64,000 nucleotides of DNA, from NCBI GenBank assembly GCA_965140415.1, contig OZ223209.1, forward strand, positions 2,816,001 to 2,880,000, in the 5' to 3' direction. Origin of the DNA: Myxococcota bacterium (GTDB taxonomy: Bacteria; Myxococcota_A; SURF-8). The notes under the pieces are model-generated. The model was not told the origin of the DNA. It worked only from the letters and a program-made list of their open reading frames with translations, and ran no database searches. Both the position numbers and the translations under genes were made by a program. Positions 41,562-50,873 of this stretch are shown here, piece after piece (position 1 is the first letter of the stretch; each line of letters starts with the position of its first letter).

Positions 41562-41923
41562 CAGTGTCCCTCCACATCCGCTCCGCTGGCTTTGGTCAGC
41601 TTGTTTGCGAGATAATCATCCACTGCCTGACGAACGGTGCCCTGGATGCCGGAATAGATTTCGATTTTCGCCGCATTCAGTGCGCGAAAGGCTTTAGGAC
41701 CGACGTGACCGGTAAGTAGGATTTCCACTCCAGCTTTGGAGACGGTTTCCGCCGCTTGAATGCCGGCTCCCTGAGCGGCGTGCAGATTCTGGGTATTGGG
41801 CAGAGTTTCGATTTCTTGATGGTCGCCATCGACTGTAACAATGCAAAAAGCCTGTGCACGTCCGAAACGTGTATCGGTTGGGGCGTCCCAGCCGGATCCT
41901 GCTGCCGTAACGGCGAGTTTCAT
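41558..41923 (-). CDS. Orange protein (ORP)-like NifB/NifX family protein
   Basis: RFGRA, GAGIQAA and LLTGHVGPKAF closely resemble Desulfovibrio ORP as recalled. Start ATG 41923 follows AAGGA. Confidence 0.88.
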   Translation of the reverse strand: MKLAVTAAGSGWDAPTDTRFGRAQAFCIVTVDGDHQEIETLPNTQNLHAAQGAGIQAAETVSKAGVEILLTGHVGPKAFRALNAAKIEIYSGIQGTVRQAVDDYLANKLTKASGADVEGHW

Positions 41924-42003
41924 GGTTATTTCCTTTCGTTTGCTTTCGCGTGTTCCAAAAATCAAACAACTTCGCAGAAAATCCGCGCTTGCAGGTATAG
42001 ATG

Positions 42004-42020
42004 AGCAAAGGCCATGCCAA
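42004..42020 (-). promoter_or_regulatory. Sigma54 (-24/-12) promoter of the ORP operon
   Basis: Minus strand TTGGCATGGCCTTTGCT, near-consensus TGGCAY-N5-TTGCW. Confidence 0.88.
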
Positions 42021-42081
42021 ACAGGTTAGGATGGACAGTAATAAGGGGATTTGATTCGCTAATCTGGAAGGAAACGGAAAG

Positions 42082-43434
42082 TTAAAGGAGACCGAAACGT
42101 TTCATCTTGCGCCACAACGTGTTTCTGGAAATACCCAGTTCCTTTGCTGCTTGACCACGATTGCCATGGCAACGATCCAGAACGGTTTGGATCGTCTGGG
42201 CTTCTGCAGCCTGTAGTGGCGAGTTGCTACTGTTTTCATGATCGAGTGGCGATGATTCAGGCTGAGCCGTGCGCACATGGGTTTCAAAAGAGGATGGAAG
42301 GTGCATTAAACGCAAGGTGTCGCCCTGACAAAGCACGGATGCGTGTTCCACTGCGTTTTCTAACTCTCTGATATTACCTGGATATGGAGCTGCCATCAGC
42401 GCCTGCATGGCTCTTGAAGACACCTGCTTGATGCGGCTGCCTTGTATGGCGTTGAAGCGGCGAATAAAGTGATCCAGAAGCAACGGGATGTCTTCTCGAC
42501 GCTGAGACAACGGTGGAAGTTCCACTCGAATTACGTTAAGCCGAAAGTAGAGATCCTCCCGAAAGCGCTTCTCTTTCATTTCCGTTTCGAGGTTTTTGTT
42601 GGTCGCTACGATGACGCGCACATCGACTTTCTGTGTATGTGTCGCACCCAGAGGCTCGAATTCCCGTTGTTGTAAAACACGTAATAATTTCACCTGCATT
42701 GCTGGTGAGATGTCCCCGATTTCATCCAGAAAAAGAGTGCCGCCATTGGCCAGCATAAAGCGGCCAGGCTTGTCTTGTTTCGCTTCGCTGAACGCTCCGC
42801 GAACATAGCCGAACAGTTCTGATTCCAATAGACTGTCTGGCAGTGCCGCGCAATTCACGGCGATAAACGAATTTTTCCTTCTTGGGCTTAAATTGTGGAT
42901 GGCTTGTGCAACCAGTTCCTTCCCTGTACCGCTCGCTCCTTCGATCAGGATGGTACTGGGGCTGGCGGCTAGTAATGGCAAACGTTCCAGGATACGCTGC
43001 ATCTGCTCGTTTTTACTAATGATATCTTCAAATTCGTAGCTTTTATGAAGGCGTTTGCGAAGTTCGGCAAGTTGTGAAAGATCACGAAACATTTCCACAC
43101 CACCGAGCACCTGACCTTGGGAATCGAGCAGGGCGGCAGTGGAGACGGCAATCGGTATTTCGTCGCCGGCTTTGTTTAAAATGCTGATTTCGCGTTCTCC
43201 GATTTTCTTCCGGGTTCGAACGCTGCGTTTTAGTGGGCAATCCTGCTGGCAGATATTGGCATGGAAAATATCGTAACAGCGTTGGCCAATCGCTTCTTCG
43301 GAGGTGTAGTGCGTAATTTCCTCGGCGGCACGATTGAACGACGTGATCCGGTTTTCCGAATCTACTGTGAAAATGCCCAGGGGTGAAGAATCGAACAATA
43401 TGGGCAAATAGCGTTGGTCTAATGCACCAGTCAT
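42082..43434 (-). CDS. Second PAS-domain sigma54-dependent activator (OrpR-like)
   Basis: PAS with C-x8-C-x3-C, GASGTGKE, GAFSEA loop, FLDEIG and HTH. Start uncertain (43434 or 43470). Confidence 0.9.
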   Translation of the reverse strand: MTGALDQRYLPILFDSSPLGIFTVDSENRITSFNRAAEEITHYTSEEAIGQRCYDIFHANICQQDCPLKRSVRTRKKIGEREISILNKAGDEIPIAVSTAALLDSQGQVLGGVEMFRDLSQLAELRKRLHKSYEFEDIISKNEQMQRILERLPLLAASPSTILIEGASGTGKELVAQAIHNLSPRRKNSFIAVNCAALPDSLLESELFGYVRGAFSEAKQDKPGRFMLANGGTLFLDEIGDISPAMQVKLLRVLQQREFEPLGATHTQKVDVRVIVATNKNLETEMKEKRFREDLYFRLNVIRVELPPLSQRREDIPLLLDHFIRRFNAIQGSRIKQVSSRAMQALMAAPYPGNIRELENAVEHASVLCQGDTLRLMHLPSSFETHVRTAQPESSPLDHENSSNSPLQAAEAQTIQTVLDRCHGNRGQAAKELGISRNTLWRKMKRFGLL

Positions 43435-43625
43435 GTGACAGAGACTATCATTGATGTCTCGAAAATGCAATATGAATAATCACTGTTTTGAAAATGGTGC
43501 AAAATTAAAAGAAATCGGATTCTAGAATGATATTTACCTTGAATCTAAGCGACCAGTCAGTCCTTAAATAACAATCATTTTAAATAATATCATGGAAGAA
43601 ATTCAATTTAATATGAATCTCCTCT

Positions 43626-44327
43626 ATGAAAGGTAGGAACACGATGAAGCAGCAATTACAAAAAGTGCGATTATTAAGCGACATACACCCTCACGATTTC
43701 AATGCGCTGGCACGTGTAACCATTGGAAAGAACTATGACAAAGGCGATTATATTTGCCATGAAGGTGAACGTGCGGTCAATTTTTACTGGGTAACTTCCG
43801 GTAAGGTGAAATTGGTGAAGCACACCACCTTTGGAAAAGATGTCATTCTGGAAATTTGTACAGCGGGTGAAACCTTTTTGTTGGAATCGCTTATGGATGG
43901 CAGTGAGCATCCTGTTTCTGCGATAGCCGCAGAGCCGACTTCGATTCTGCAACTGGAGCGGATCACCTTACTGCGGATCATGGACCAGAATCCCAAAATG
44001 GCACGAGCATTTTTGCGGGAAATGTCTTCGCGCAACCGGGTGCTAATCGATCAGATTCAGGAACTTTCCGTTGGTAAGGTGGATTATCGGATTGCCAACA
44101 TGGTTCTGAAACTCGGCCAGAAAATCGGAGAAGAAGATGCCAGTGGGCAGGTCAAGATGGACATTTCGCTGTCGAGACAGGATATTGCCGATCTGACGGG
44201 TACGACCATCGAGACGGCGATTCGTACCATGAGTCGACTGGCAAAGCAGGAAGTGCTGCGCACGACACGTGATTCCATTCTGATCTTGGATCGGGACAAG
44301 CTTGAAGATATCGCCGCTGGATTTTAG
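43626..44327 (+). CDS. Crp/Fnr family transcriptional regulator
   Basis: cNMP-like beta domain and SRQDIADLTGTTIETAIR HTH; no FNR N-terminal Cys cluster. Start may be 43644. Confidence 0.92.
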   Translation: MKGRNTMKQQLQKVRLLSDIHPHDFNALARVTIGKNYDKGDYICHEGERAVNFYWVTSGKVKLVKHTTFGKDVILEICTAGETFLLESLMDGSEHPVSAIAAEPTSILQLERITLLRIMDQNPKMARAFLREMSSRNRVLIDQIQELSVGKVDYRIANMVLKLGQKIGEEDASGQVKMDISLSRQDIADLTGTTIETAIRTMSRLAKQEVLRTTRDSILILDRDKLEDIAAGF

Positions 44328-44369
44328 TAGAGTGGTTTAAGTATTAAGAGCAAATTGCTGAAAATGCAC

Positions 44370-44410
44370 AAAAAAACGCCGGAAGGGTATGGGCCCTGTC
44401 CGGCGTTTTT
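44370..44410. terminator. Bidirectional intrinsic terminator
   Basis: AAAAAACGCCGGA...TCCGGCGTTTTT. Confidence 0.8.
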
Positions 44411-44427
44411 GGTCTGGTTGTAAAGCA

Positions 44428-46695
44428 CTAGTATTCCAAGCATCCACCATCTACGACATTGCCACTTTGATCCGTTACCGGAATGCAGACTTCGCCCACT
44501 TCACAACTGTTTGGTGTGGCATCACAGGTGCTCCAGCAAAGGTTATCTACACCTGGAGGCAGAATCGGCAAGCCCGCTACCGGTACGCATACTTTAAAGG
44601 GAATGTAACTGCAAACTCCACCAGGATTGTCACAAGGTTCTGCATTCAAGTCTGCGCATAGATCGAAGGGAGAGTCGAAGTCAGAGGCATCGATGCATGC
44701 GACATCCGAATCGCAAGTCGAGATATCGCAACGATTCAAGCAAAGCGAACCCAGTCCTTGCTGGGAAACGCAATAATCCCGACCAGCCGCTTCGCATTCG
44801 GAGTCTGAAGAGCAGGCTGTACATTCGCATGAATCATCATCGCTTGATTGCGGAATGCATTCGCCATCGACATATCCTTTGCCATGACAATAGGTATCGC
44901 AGGTGCGGGTATACCAGTGGTCGTTTACGGTACTACAGCGACAGAGCTGCTCATCGTTTTCGCACCAGTTCCATACATCCTCTGCTAAACAATCTCCGCT
45001 GCAAACCAGAGGCTCATCACCATCGACTATATCGCCGTCGGTAAGATCTCCATCCGGAACGATGTCACCGTCTGTGATGTCTCCATCGGTTAGATCTCCG
45101 TCGATCATATCGCCATCCACAAGATCTCCATCAAACAGGTCGATGTCCAGTTCCTCGTCGCCATCAACCGGGGGATCCGTACAGAAACAAGTGGCAATAT
45201 CTCCCATGATTCCACAACCATTGGAGATCATCTCGTTTGCAGCACAGAGTTCGGAACATGGATATTGCGTCCAAAAGCCATCTTCGCAAATACAGATGTC
45301 TTCGCTGTCTTCCACGCAGAACGTTTCATCAAGAAATACACAACCACCCTCGCAGTCAAGAGGATGCTCCAAGTCTCCATCGGGAATGAAGTCGCCGTCG
45401 ATTAGGTCGCCATCAATCAGATCGCCGTCAACATCACCATCGGAGGAGGCGAGCAGGGCGTCTATCAACGAATTGGATAAGCAACCGGATTGGTCGCCGT
45501 AGTTATCATCCGCAGTTTGCTGGTCGATAATGCCGGCTTCTACCAATTCTTGAGGGGAGAAGCAACGATAGTCGTCTTCCATGCGACATTGCTCGTCCAT
45601 GTCGCATTCAGCCAGACAGATTCCATAGCCTTCATACATCGGACCGAAAATCGGGGCGAGACTGAAGCAAAGACCGCCAAGGGCAGATGGACAACTGCTT
45701 TCCGGATCGGCAAGAGAACAGATGTTGGAGCAATAGCCTCCTGGCATCTCCGTTCCCGGAATAATCGCATCGATGTATTCCGTAGTCATGCAGGTGTCGG
45801 TCATGCATTCGTCGGCTGTTTCGCAAGGATCGCCAATCAGGCCAGTAATAATTTCCAGTTCCTCTTCCATATCCCCATCCGGTTGGACATCACCATCCGG
45901 TTGCACGTCGCCATCGGGCTGGAGGTCGCCATCCGGTTGGACATCACCATCCGGTTGCACGTCGCCATCGGGCTGGAGGTCGCCATCCGGTTGAATATCG
46001 CCATCCGGTTGAATATCACCATCGGGTTGGATATCCCCATCCGGTTGGACATCTCCATCGGGTTGGATATCGCCATCCGGCTGAATATCCCCATCCGGTT
46101 GGACATCTCCATCGGGTTGGACATCTCCATCGGGTTGGACGTCGCCATCCGGTTGGACGTCCCCATCGGGTTGGACGTCACCATCGGGCTGGATATCACC
46201 ATCCGGTTGAATATCACCATCGGGTTGGATATCACCATCGGGCTGGACATCACCATCGGGAGTATCGCCGTCAGGAGTGTCACCGTCAGGAGTGTCACCA
46301 TCAGGAGTGTCACCATCAGGAGTATCGCCGTCAGGAGTGTCACCGTCAGGAGTGTCACCATCAGGAGTGTCACCATCAGGAGTATCGCCGTCAGGAGTGT
46401 CACCGTCAGGAGTGTCACCATCAGGAGTGTCACCATCAGGAGTGTCACCATCGGGAGTATCGCCATCTGGAGTATCGCCATCTGGTTTAACATCTCCATC
46501 TGGGAGAGGATTTTCATCCTCATCACCATCGGCTTGATTGTCACCGTCCTGATTCTCTGTGTCAGTGATTTCAGAATCCATTTCCTGTTCGGAATCATCT
46601 CCATCGGGCAACGTCGGATCGTCGCTGGAAGAACATCCAGAAGTCAGCAAAAGAAAAAGGCTTAAGATGAACAGAGTCGCTGTCCATTTTTTCAT
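44428..46695 (-). CDS. DGD-repeat, Cys-rich lipoprotein
   Basis: Start MKKW at 46695, lipobox TSGC, long PDGD tract, then Cys-rich modules separated by further DGD tracts. Confidence 0.85.
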   Translation of the reverse strand: MKKWTATLFILSLFLLLTSGCSSSDDPTLPDGDDSEQEMDSEITDTENQDGDNQADGDEDENPLPDGDVKPDGDTPDGDTPDGDTPDGDTPDGDTPDGDTPDGDTPDGDTPDGDTPDGDTPDGDTPDGDTPDGDTPDGDTPDGDTPDGDVQPDGDIQPDGDIQPDGDIQPDGDVQPDGDVQPDGDVQPDGDVQPDGDVQPDGDIQPDGDIQPDGDVQPDGDIQPDGDIQPDGDIQPDGDLQPDGDVQPDGDVQPDGDLQPDGDVQPDGDVQPDGDMEEELEIITGLIGDPCETADECMTDTCMTTEYIDAIIPGTEMPGGYCSNICSLADPESSCPSALGGLCFSLAPIFGPMYEGYGICLAECDMDEQCRMEDDYRCFSPQELVEAGIIDQQTADDNYGDQSGCLSNSLIDALLASSDGDVDGDLIDGDLIDGDFIPDGDLEHPLDCEGGCVFLDETFCVEDSEDICICEDGFWTQYPCSELCAANEMISNGCGIMGDIATCFCTDPPVDGDEELDIDLFDGDLVDGDMIDGDLTDGDITDGDIVPDGDLTDGDIVDGDEPLVCSGDCLAEDVWNWCENDEQLCRCSTVNDHWYTRTCDTYCHGKGYVDGECIPQSSDDDSCECTACSSDSECEAAGRDYCVSQQGLGSLCLNRCDISTCDSDVACIDASDFDSPFDLCADLNAEPCDNPGGVCSYIPFKVCVPVAGLPILPPGVDNLCWSTCDATPNSCEVGEVCIPVTDQSGNVVDGGCLEY
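45883..46485 (-). repeat. Coding tandem repeats: 15 x 15 bp (PDGDT) and 21 x 18 bp (PDGD[VIL]Q)
   Basis: Read directly; 46261-46440 is three identical 60-nt blocks. Confidence 0.95.
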
Positions 46696-46975
46696 AGTTT
46701 TCTCCTTCCACAAAACGGCCTGCATCCTGGCAAACCAGAGGGGATGCTTGATATTTCGGCAAATATTCGCCGTTCAATTAACTGTTTTTAACGTTATCCC
46801 GAATTTTCCATTAAAAAACGAATGCCATGAGACAAATCCCATTGCAAGTCTTTTTAGTGGCCGCTAATACTTAATTGATAATGCGTTTTGGGCCTGATTT
46901 CAACCAAATTCTTAGCTGGCCGTCATCGCAGCACTCAAAACGCCGAAGATTCCCGTAAATTTCCTTGGAGTAGGT

Positions 46976-49096
46976 ATGCAAACGCAGGGTTGGCGCATGT
47001 GGTCGCCGCGATATTTAAAAACGATCGTTGATGCGACCCGGCAGGATCGTCTGGTTGTTAGCGGCGCGTCGATTGCTACAGCTCAGGCAAGGGAATTGTT
47101 AAAGGCTCATGCAATCCATGGGATGCATATTGAATTCGGTAACGTGATCGCGCATTGCAGTATTGAAGATTTGCTCCTTCATAAGTCGATCCAGGAGATC
47201 AGAAACTGGGTTTTGCTACAGCGTCGAAGGTCTGGGGCATCCAATTTGTTGCTACAGGCTATGGAGAAGCTGTTTTTACAGCGTAAGCCAGATGCTGCCT
47301 ACAGACTTCTGGATTCATGCGTCCAGACGAACCGATTCGGAACCATTCCTGTCCTACTTTGGATGCTCTATTTTCACGAACCGCTACGAGCGCGAAAAAT
47401 TCTGGAATTTAACGAGAATCGTTTTTCAACATGCAAGCAATGGATTCAAGCTGCTCTGCTATGGCGAAGCTTGTTTGCCGATGAGGATCGGGTGAATCGC
47501 TCCTTGAGTTGTGCGCTTGAAACTGCCGAATCCATTGGAGATAAGATTAGAGTTACAGAGTGTCTGTTGCTGCTTGATGAACCTCCATTGCGTATCGAAC
47601 GGCAATTTGAAGCAGCTTTGTCTCTTTCGGACAGTTGCCAGAATCTCGCTAAAGTTGGACTTGCTTGGCGGCGCTTGTTTGATAATGACAACAAGGCGCT
47701 CGACTGCTTGCGCCAAGCGGAAGAACAGGCAAAAGAAGCTTCTGACTGGTTGAGTTGTGCTCAAGGATGGATCTTGACCTTTCAGGGGAAGCACCACGCC
47801 GAACAGTGTCTATTAAATGCAACTGAACTGGTTGCAGATATAAAAGAAAAAAACTCGGAATTGACACATACGAGATTAGAAGTTGCTTATCACTGGTTGC
47901 ATATGCTTTGTGATGTCGATAGGACCCGGCAGCAACTGCATGACGTGATGGAGAGGCAGGCTACTGCAAGCCAGTGGATTGAATCTGCCAATTTATGGCA
48001 TGAACTGAGAACGGTAGATGCTCAGAGTGGCCAAGAGTGTGAAAGTCAAATAGAGAAGGCGCTGCAACATGCAAGTGAACATGCAAATGCTTTGCACGAT
48101 AGATGGGCAATCGTGCAGACCTGGAAAAAATGCAGTGGCGATCCGATGCTTCTGAAAAAGTGTTTTGCACATGCAGAAAAGAGTGGGTGTAATTGCCCTG
48201 AGATGACATGGGTTGCCTGGTTGTGGAAGGAATTCTTGGACGATACTTCCAGCACACGCCGTTGTTTGAAAAAGGCTGAAGAGTTGAGTTGTGAAGCCAA
48301 TGAGTGGCACATGGTGGCGGAAAGCTGGCAGGAATTGCTGGGTGCGGATAAAGAAACGGCGCGCTGTCTCGATCAGGCGGAGAAAAAAGGTCGGGGAGTC
48401 TCTTTTTTGCTCTCATTGCTAAAAGACTGGGACACCGTGACAGAAGGTGGGGAGAGAAAACGCCGTTGCATTACTCTAGCCTGCCGGATGGCCACTCGTT
48501 GCTCGGACTGGGTATTGCTTTCAAAGGCTTTTTCTGGCTGGTTGAACGATATGGATCAAGCTAATGAATGTCTCCGTCGGGCGCAGGACAATGCCGACTG
48601 CGTTTCCGACTGGTTGGATATTGCCAGAGAATGGAACAAGATCGACGAAATTGGATTTCATTGCCGTTTTGCGCTTGAATCTGCCGATCGGTTGGCAACG
48701 GCTTTTTCAGAAAAGCTGGATGTGCTTGTCATGCGGAAAGAATTGCTGAAAGACAATGAAACCCTGATTTCAGGGCTTAAGTACTTGATGAGATCCGCTT
48801 GTCAAACGGATGATTGGCTGGCATTGGAGCGCATGTTCCGAGAACACACGAAACATACAAAAGAAACTCTGCATTGTTGGAGAAAAGCCGTCATCGTTGC
48901 GGAAAGCACACAAGACTGGTTGAATATCGCGATGGTTTACAGCGAGTACCTAACGGTAGCGCATCTCTTTCACGATGCCGAAAAGACCTTGAAAACAAGT
49001 TTGGTCATGGCCGCGAATCTCGCCGAAACAGAGAATGAACGGAGGAGGGTGGATCGTACCTGGAGACGATTGATCGGTGGTGATATGCTGCGCTAA
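46976..49096 (+). CDS. Trp/Cys-rich helical-repeat (TPR-like) protein
   Basis: About 34-aa period W-x3-A-x2-W...CL-x2-A; no signal peptide. Confidence 0.65.
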   Translation: MQTQGWRMWSPRYLKTIVDATRQDRLVVSGASIATAQARELLKAHAIHGMHIEFGNVIAHCSIEDLLLHKSIQEIRNWVLLQRRRSGASNLLLQAMEKLFLQRKPDAAYRLLDSCVQTNRFGTIPVLLWMLYFHEPLRARKILEFNENRFSTCKQWIQAALLWRSLFADEDRVNRSLSCALETAESIGDKIRVTECLLLLDEPPLRIERQFEAALSLSDSCQNLAKVGLAWRRLFDNDNKALDCLRQAEEQAKEASDWLSCAQGWILTFQGKHHAEQCLLNATELVADIKEKNSELTHTRLEVAYHWLHMLCDVDRTRQQLHDVMERQATASQWIESANLWHELRTVDAQSGQECESQIEKALQHASEHANALHDRWAIVQTWKKCSGDPMLLKKCFAHAEKSGCNCPEMTWVAWLWKEFLDDTSSTRRCLKKAEELSCEANEWHMVAESWQELLGADKETARCLDQAEKKGRGVSFLLSLLKDWDTVTEGGERKRRCITLACRMATRCSDWVLLSKAFSGWLNDMDQANECLRRAQDNADCVSDWLDIAREWNKIDEIGFHCRFALESADRLATAFSEKLDVLVMRKELLKDNETLISGLKYLMRSACQTDDWLALERMFREHTKHTKETLHCWRKAVIVAESTQDWLNIAMVYSEYLTVAHLFHDAEKTLKTSLVMAANLAETENERRRVDRTWRRLIGGDMLR

Positions 49097-49158
49097 AGTG
49101 TTTCACGTAACCTCATGTCTCATCATTTCTGTTTTCGAAAATCCATAGTAGCAAAAAG

Positions 49159-49191
49159 AAACGCCCCGAACCGTGATGGTTGGGGCGTTTT
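49159..49191. terminator. Bidirectional intrinsic terminator
   Basis: AAACGCCCC..AACC/GGTT.GGGGCGTTTT. Confidence 0.75.
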
Positions 49192-49210
49192 AGTGTTGTT
49201 TAAAAGGTCG

Positions 49211-50278
49211 TTACTTGCTGCAATTGGCCTCCGGCGTGCAATAGCCGTTATCCGGGTCGTTCTGGTCGATGCCGATACAGCAGATCAGACCTTGTGAGCT
49301 ATCGCAGTTTCCAACTGTGTCCAGAGATCCGGAGGTCTCAGTGCAGAGATCCTGAGCGCAAAGTTCACCGTCTCCCACCAAGGGAACGCGGCATCGCAGA
49401 CCACTGACCGTGTCGATGCATTGCTTGGGGCAGTCGCAATCGTCACTGACTTCGCAGCGCCCGTTCGGGAAACATTCGATTCCGCCCAGACCATCGGAAA
49501 GACAGTCGTTGAACGGATCGCACATCGAAACTTCGTAAGCGTCACCGGCTGCGTTGCAGGTGAGGATTGCTTCTCCGCCTAGATCGCCCAGGTCGATGCA
49601 GTCTGGATTGCCAGGATCTTCGGTGCAGCAGATTTTCCAACCCGGCTGACAGGCGAAGATGTCTTCACGACAGGTGCCGGCATCACAGATGTAGCCTTCA
49701 CCATAAAGCGTGGTGCAGTCTTCCTGGCTACAGCATTCGGTTGTGCAGGGATTGTTTTCATCCACGCAGCGATTCAAGCGGCAGATGTAGCCCTCACCAA
49801 AATTCGGGTCGTTTTCACAGTCCCAATCCTGGCAGCATTCTTTATCGCAATCGACGATCAGTACGCAGGTGTGCGTGTTTGTGTCGCAGAAGTTGTTTGA
49901 GGGGCAGTCGGCATCTGTGCAGCATTGATATTGACAGACAACCTGGTCGGGGTCTCCACCGACCTGATCACCATCGGTGTTGTTATTGTTGTCACCATCG
50001 GTGGCCGGTTCGAACTTGCCGTTTTCACAGAGATGGTCGATGCAGGCTCCGTTGCATTCATCGTCTTTGATGCAGTATTCTGCTACCGAGTAGCACAATC
50101 CTTCCGGGGAGCAAACCCAAGAAGCCAAGCCGCCCGTGCCGCAGTCTGTCGCTTGATTGCAGGAATCTCGCTCCAGTTCGGAATCTCCATCCGCGTTGTT
50201 ATCACCGCTATCGGAACATCCGGCAATCATGGCCAGACAGATCGCAATAATCAGTAGTATGTTCCACTTCGCTCGCAT
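49211..50278 (-). CDS. Cys-rich lipoprotein with DGD motifs
   Basis: Lipobox IAGC, repeated CC-x4-C...C-x4-C modules. Confidence 0.8.
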   Translation of the reverse strand: MRAKWNILLIIAICLAMIAGCSDSGDNNADGDSELERDSCNQATDCGTGGLASWVCSPEGLCYSVAEYCIKDDECNGACIDHLCENGKFEPATDGDNNNNTDGDQVGGDPDQVVCQYQCCTDADCPSNNFCDTNTHTCVLIVDCDKECCQDWDCENDPNFGEGYICRLNRCVDENNPCTTECCSQEDCTTLYGEGYICDAGTCREDIFACQPGWKICCTEDPGNPDCIDLGDLGGEAILTCNAAGDAYEVSMCDPFNDCLSDGLGGIECFPNGRCEVSDDCDCPKQCIDTVSGLRCRVPLVGDGELCAQDLCTETSGSLDTVGNCDSSQGLICCIGIDQNDPDNGYCTPEANCSK

Positions 50279-50401
50279 TTCTATGCCTCCTGTTTCGTCC
50301 CTGAAATGGGACTTTATCCGAAAAATCCTGTTCCCTGTTCGGAAACGTACTGGAAAATCAGCATTTATACAATCGGGTTCTAAGAGAAACCGTATTTTAT
50401 G

Positions 50402-50722
50402 TTAGTTAACCGTGTTGTCAGAGTCAACCGGCGGCATGATTTTTGTTGCTTTGCGCAGTGGAATTTCGCCGAAGCGGTTTTCATAGGCTTCGATTTGACG
50501 ATTCAATAGTGAAGCCAAGCGCTTAGCATGTATCGGATTCAGCACCACTCGGGAAAATACTTTGGCTTTATTGGTTTGCGGTGCCAAAAAGACGAAATCC
50601 AACAAAAATTCCGTTTCCGACTGATTCACCATGATGAAATTGGAGTATTGACCTCCGGCGACGGTTTCGTCGGCATGAATTTCAAGTTTGATTCCTTTTA
50701 CTCGTTTCGGTTGATCGCTCAT
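50402..50722 (-). CDS. DUF3467 family protein
   Basis: GQYSNF..SETEFLLDF..HAKRL..YENRFGEI. Confidence 0.88.
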   Translation of the reverse strand: MSDQPKRVKGIKLEIHADETVAGGQYSNFIMVNQSETEFLLDFVFLAPQTNKAKVFSRVVLNPIHAKRLASLLNRQIEAYENRFGEIPLRKATKIMPPVDSDNTVN

Positions 50723-50873
50723 AAATACACTCCTCTCGTTTGCCGTTTATCATAGACGTTTCGAAACCGATTTCAAGGAAATTATCGTTTACAGGAAGAG
50801 AAGCCTTGTGCTAGTGTGAGTGCCCGATTGCACGCAGGAAAAGCGTTCGTACAGTAAACAGGAGGATGTGAGA

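Noticed and set aside
37851-41923. Nitrogen fixation cluster suggested by NifB/NifX-family genes
   Set aside because: There is no nifHDK/nifEN, and the gene set matches the ORP locus.
45490-46665. Long alternative-frame and antisense ORFs over the PDGD tract (45490..46665, 45837..46604, 46277..46537)
   Set aside because: These are stop-free shadows of a low-complexity in-frame repeat. Synonymous variation follows the DGD frame, which also has the lipobox and RBS.
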